Below, piece after piece: positions 60,823 to 64,000 of a stretch of 64,000 nucleotides of DNA; positions within the stretch are counted from its first letter, which is position 1, and every line of letters starts with the position of its first letter. The notes under the pieces were generated by a model, which saw only the letters and a list, made by a program, of their open reading frames with translations, had not been told where the DNA came from and ran no database searches. Where the stretch lies: assembly GCA_051652765.1 (NCBI GenBank), contig JBOFUV010000071.1, positions 43,437-107,436 on the forward strand, given 5' to 3'. Origin of the DNA: Microcoleaceae cyanobacterium. Lineage in GTDB: Bacteria; Cyanobacteriota; Cyanobacteriia; Cyanobacteriales; Microcoleaceae. The position numbers and the translations under genes were made by a program.

Positions 60823-61752
60823 TTAGTCAAGAGCACTAGAGCTGGGTGGATCGGGATCAGGGATAAAGACGGCGATCGCCTGCGGAACAACTCGAAATTG
60901 AGCCGGAGTGCTGACCGTCAGCTCCCCATCAGTGTTAATCGCATGGGGTTTAGCAGTCCAAATCTCAAATTCGGTGCCTGAAAGAGCCCGAATTCCAAAT
61001 TCTTGGCGGTATCGTCCTGTGGACAAGGCCCAAGGGATCATAAAAATTTGCCACCAGTGTTGAATTTCTAAGCTATGTAGATCCAGGCGACTGTCATCAA
61101 TCGAGGCATCGTGGGCAATGGTCATTCCTCCACCATAATATCGACCATTGCCGATGGCAATTTGCAGGGTTCGAACCTGTTGTGTTGACCCGTGGGTAAT
61201 AATCTGGGCAAGAAACGGACGGGCTTGAACCATCACCCGAATTGCAGCGACTCCATAGGCCAAAATTCCCCACCGCTGCTTGGCTTCTCGACTGAGTTGA
61301 CGAGTCAGATCCACGCTCAATCCCAGGCTTGCGACGTTGAAGAAATGTTTTCCGTTGACACAACCTAGGTCGATGTACCGTTTGTAGCCTTGGGCAATGA
61401 CTTGACAGGCGGCGGGGACTGCAGCAGGAATACCGAGGGTACGGGCCAAGTCGTTAGCTGTGCCCAAGGGTAAAATTCCTAACGGGAGCTGAGTAGCGAC
61501 TAAACTATCAATCACGGCATTCAATGTGCCATCTCCTCCACCGATAATGACCAGATCGACCCGATGCTGATGAGCTTGAATCAAATCAGCAAAGTCTTGG
61601 GGATGGTTCGGAAACCCTTGGATAATCTCTAACCCCAGAACTTGAAGTTGGTTCAGTACCCTGGAAATCGCTTGGGGATTGACGCGCCGTGCTCCAGGAT
61701 TCAAGAGGAGCAGTGCGGTCTGAGCATACAGTTTCTGATGTACAGTTGGCAT
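60823..61752 (-). CDS. YegS/DAGK-family lipid kinase
   Basis: NPGA, GGGDGTL, PLGTANDLAR, GNGRYYGGG and DGE motifs. Confidence 0.92.
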   Translation of the reverse strand: MPTVHQKLYAQTALLLLNPGARRVNPQAISRVLNQLQVLGLEIIQGFPNHPQDFADLIQAHQHRVDLVIIGGGDGTLNAVIDSLVATQLPLGILPLGTANDLARTLGIPAAVPAACQVIAQGYKRYIDLGCVNGKHFFNVASLGLSVDLTRQLSREAKQRWGILAYGVAAIRVMVQARPFLAQIITHGSTQQVRTLQIAIGNGRYYGGGMTIAHDASIDDSRLDLHSLEIQHWWQIFMIPWALSTGRYRQEFGIRALSGTEFEIWTAKPHAINTDGELTVSTPAQFRVVPQAIAVFIPDPDPPSSSALD

Positions 61753-61955
61753 AGGAGCCAGGGTTTATGTTAAGCCAGAATCATGTTCTTTTATTTTGCC
61801 TGAAAATAGTGGACTAGGATAGTCATAACAGAGTTCAGCGTTAAAGTTAGGCTATTCTCCAGAAAAGAAGGTGAAATAATCCGGGTATCTTAGTCTAGAG
61901 ATCTGCAAATTGTAGGGTTATGTCCACAAGTTTGCCAAAGTTCTAAGTCTGGATT

Positions 61956-63422
61956 TTGAGTACCTGTCTGCACTGGGATAATACTGTCAACCTCTTTATG
62001 AAAAAAGCTCTAACGTTAGATTCAAAGCTGCAAGATTTAACGCTTCATGCTGCTTACCTAGAATCAAAGTGTTCCACCCAAGAGGTCGCACAGCTATTCA
62101 AGGCAAATCCCCAGTTGCCGGGAGTTATTATTTTGCATGGCGGCAAGTTTATGGGGATGATTTCTCGGCGACGTTACTTTGAATTCATGAGTCGTCCCTA
62201 TAGTTTGGATTTATTTTTATCCCGTCCTTTATTTCAGTTTTATCGGTTTGCTAAAATCAAGTTTTTGATCTTGAATAGCCAAAGATCAATTGCCGCTGCA
62301 ATCAAATTCCTCTTTAAACAATCTCGGCAGCTAATTTATGAACCTATTGTAGTTAAAACCTATTCTCAAGCTTATCAAGTGTTAGATGTTTATGAATTGT
62401 TACTTGCACAACTCAAGATTTCTGATCTAACAGAAGGCATTATGCAACATACTCAGGATCAGTTGCAAATACAAACTCAACAGCTAGAGGATGCCATTTA
62501 CCAACTCCAACGCACTCAAACGCAGCTGATTCAAACTGAAAAGATGTCTTCTCTTGGACAACTTGTGGCTGGAATTGCCCATGAAATTAACAACCCTGTG
62601 AGTTTTATTCATGGGAACCTATTCTATGGAGAAAGATATGTGCAAGATTTGGTAGAGTTAGTTCAACTCTACCAACGACACTACCCACAACCTACGGCTG
62701 AAATTCAGGACAAAATTGAGGAAATCGATCTTGAGTTTCTGACTCAGGATGTTTCAAATATCTTTTCTTCGATGAAAAGTGGAACTGAACGGATTCGAAA
62801 TATGGTATTGTCACTCCGAAATTTTGGTCGCTTAGATGAAGCCGGTGTCAAACGAGTTAATATTCATGAAGGTTTAGACAGTACCCTACTTATTCTGAAT
62901 GATCGTCTTAATAGTCATGGCAACCGCTTAGAGAAAATTGTAGTTGAAAAGAAATATGATGATTTGCCACTAATAGAATGCTCTCCAGGTCAGATCAACC
63001 AGGTTTTTATGAACATTTTAAACAATGCAATTGATTCCCTTGATGAAGCATTCAGTCGTGTGATGATGTCTGGCTTAGATCCTACAGAACTAGATGAAAC
63101 CCCATCTCAAAATTCTCCCAGTCCTCAACTTAAAATCTGGACGAAAAAAATTGATCAATCTCGTATTAGTATCTGGATTGCTGATAATGGCCTTGGCATG
63201 ACGCAGGAGATCAAAGAGAAGTTATTTGACCCCTTCTTTACGACCAAGCCAGTGGGTTCCGGTACGGGCTTGGGGCTTTCGATTAGTTATGAAATTGTGG
63301 TAAATCAACATCACGGGGAGCTAACGTGCATTTCTGAGGTGGGGCAGGGAGCAGAATTTATCATCACCCTCCCGATCCAATATCTGCGTCCTGCTAGGGA
63401 GAGTGCGCCATATCCAGCGTGA
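61956..63422 (+). CDS. Sensor histidine kinase with CBS-like N-terminus (likely start ATG 61998)
   Basis: H-box AHEINNP, N-box NQVFMNILNNA, DNGLG, FDPFFTTK and GTGLGL. Confidence 0.92.
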   Translation: MSTCLHWDNTVNLFMKKALTLDSKLQDLTLHAAYLESKCSTQEVAQLFKANPQLPGVIILHGGKFMGMISRRRYFEFMSRPYSLDLFLSRPLFQFYRFAKIKFLILNSQRSIAAAIKFLFKQSRQLIYEPIVVKTYSQAYQVLDVYELLLAQLKISDLTEGIMQHTQDQLQIQTQQLEDAIYQLQRTQTQLIQTEKMSSLGQLVAGIAHEINNPVSFIHGNLFYGERYVQDLVELVQLYQRHYPQPTAEIQDKIEEIDLEFLTQDVSNIFSSMKSGTERIRNMVLSLRNFGRLDEAGVKRVNIHEGLDSTLLILNDRLNSHGNRLEKIVVEKKYDDLPLIECSPGQINQVFMNILNNAIDSLDEAFSRVMMSGLDPTELDETPSQNSPSPQLKIWTKKIDQSRISIWIADNGLGMTQEIKEKLFDPFFTTKPVGSGTGLGLSISYEIVVNQHHGELTCISEVGQGAEFIITLPIQYLRPARESAPYPA

Positions 63423-63665
63423 TCACGTTGTTGCTACGAGTCCAGGATAAGCAAGCTTTTTTCTGCTAGGCTTCACTGGCGAGAATAGCAAGGGTAGTAA
63501 CATTTGAGGGTTCCTTCAAACTTTAGAGCCCCTCTGGATGATAGTATCATTCGAGACAATGTGTGGATTTATGGCTCAGGATGCTCTAAAGATGTATTCC
63601 TAGTGCAGTTTTAACCCACCAAACATTGACAGCACTGACAATCTCTCTAGAAGGAGTTTAATCCT

Positions 63666-64000
63666 ATGGGTTTTTTTAGCAGAATCTTTGGCAAGAAAGC
63701 GCCAGAAGTCAAACAAGATGAACCGATGGAGCAAGTTGTCACCAAAGCAGCAGCTTCTCAGTCTATCGCACCAGAACGAGTCGGCCCTGATGGACAGTAT
63801 GACGAAAGCGGGTTAGCTCAACGAGTTGCCTATGCTTTTGATCAAGATCCCTCAATGGGTGATATTGAAACCCTCTGGGTGGCTCAAACCAGTGGAACAG
63901 TTGTCTTGAAAGGGACAGTTCCGACTCAAGCTGACTTAGATAAGGCAGTTTCAATTGCATCTGCTCAGACTGGAGCTACAGGAGTCAATACCGATCAAGT
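63666..64000 (+). CDS. BON-domain protein (3'-truncated by window edge, not in ORF track)
   Basis: AAGGAG site; manual translation MGFFSRIFGKK...GLAQRVAYAFDQDP...VAQTSGTVVLKGTVP. Confidence 0.8.
   Translation, partial: MGFFSRIFGKKAPEVKQDEPMEQVVTKAAASQSIAPERVGPDGQYDESGLAQRVAYAFDQDPSMGDIETLWVAQTSGTVVLKGTVPTQADLDKAVSIASAQTGATGVNTDQ

Noticed and set aside
101..61363. Many short ORFs nested in or antisense to long genes (e.g. 16241..16714, 34594..35007, 36606..36995)
   Set aside because: They overlap well-supported genes and carry no recognisable motifs.
63763..63960. Minus-strand 65-aa ORF
   Set aside because: It is the antisense shadow of the BON-domain gene on the plus strand.
1..64000. Abundant GCGATCGC octamers; tRNA/rRNA genes
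   Set aside because: HIP1 is a normal cyanobacterial feature and is noted only where it sits at junctions. I saw no tRNA or rRNA gene by eye.

Overview
A 64-kb chromosomal window from a cyanobacterium. Evidence: many HIP1 GCGATCGC octamers, petN, an hli gene and a hormogonium-polysaccharide-type gene; a filamentous, motile lineage is likely but is an inference. The backbone is housekeeping and envelope genes (glmM, sdhB, gdhA, mfd, pyrF-pyrE, trmJ), plus a type IV pilin modification locus at about 25.7-36.2 kb. The most unusual part is 40.5-53.7 kb. (i) A 7,178-bp segment is bracketed by a 144-bp direct repeat (143/144 identical) that duplicates the upstream region and first codons of a fatty acyl-AMP ligase gene. 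It carries an operon of a 1253-aa unknown protein with pore-forming-like features, a phage-type lysozyme and a GxSRG lipase, followed by a 2-TM protein. It also holds a truncated integron-integrase start with an attI-like core and a 22-bp-period TTGATC array between inverted repeats. (ii) Further on are attC-like sites and a NYN-nuclease/RNase III gene pair preceded by a long hairpin. Other oddities: a PqqD/RRE protein carrying its own lasso-leader-like motif, tandem 2OG-Fe(II) oxygenases between gdhA and sdhB, and W-less ChW-like repeats. All family calls come from motif recognition by eye; no database search was run.
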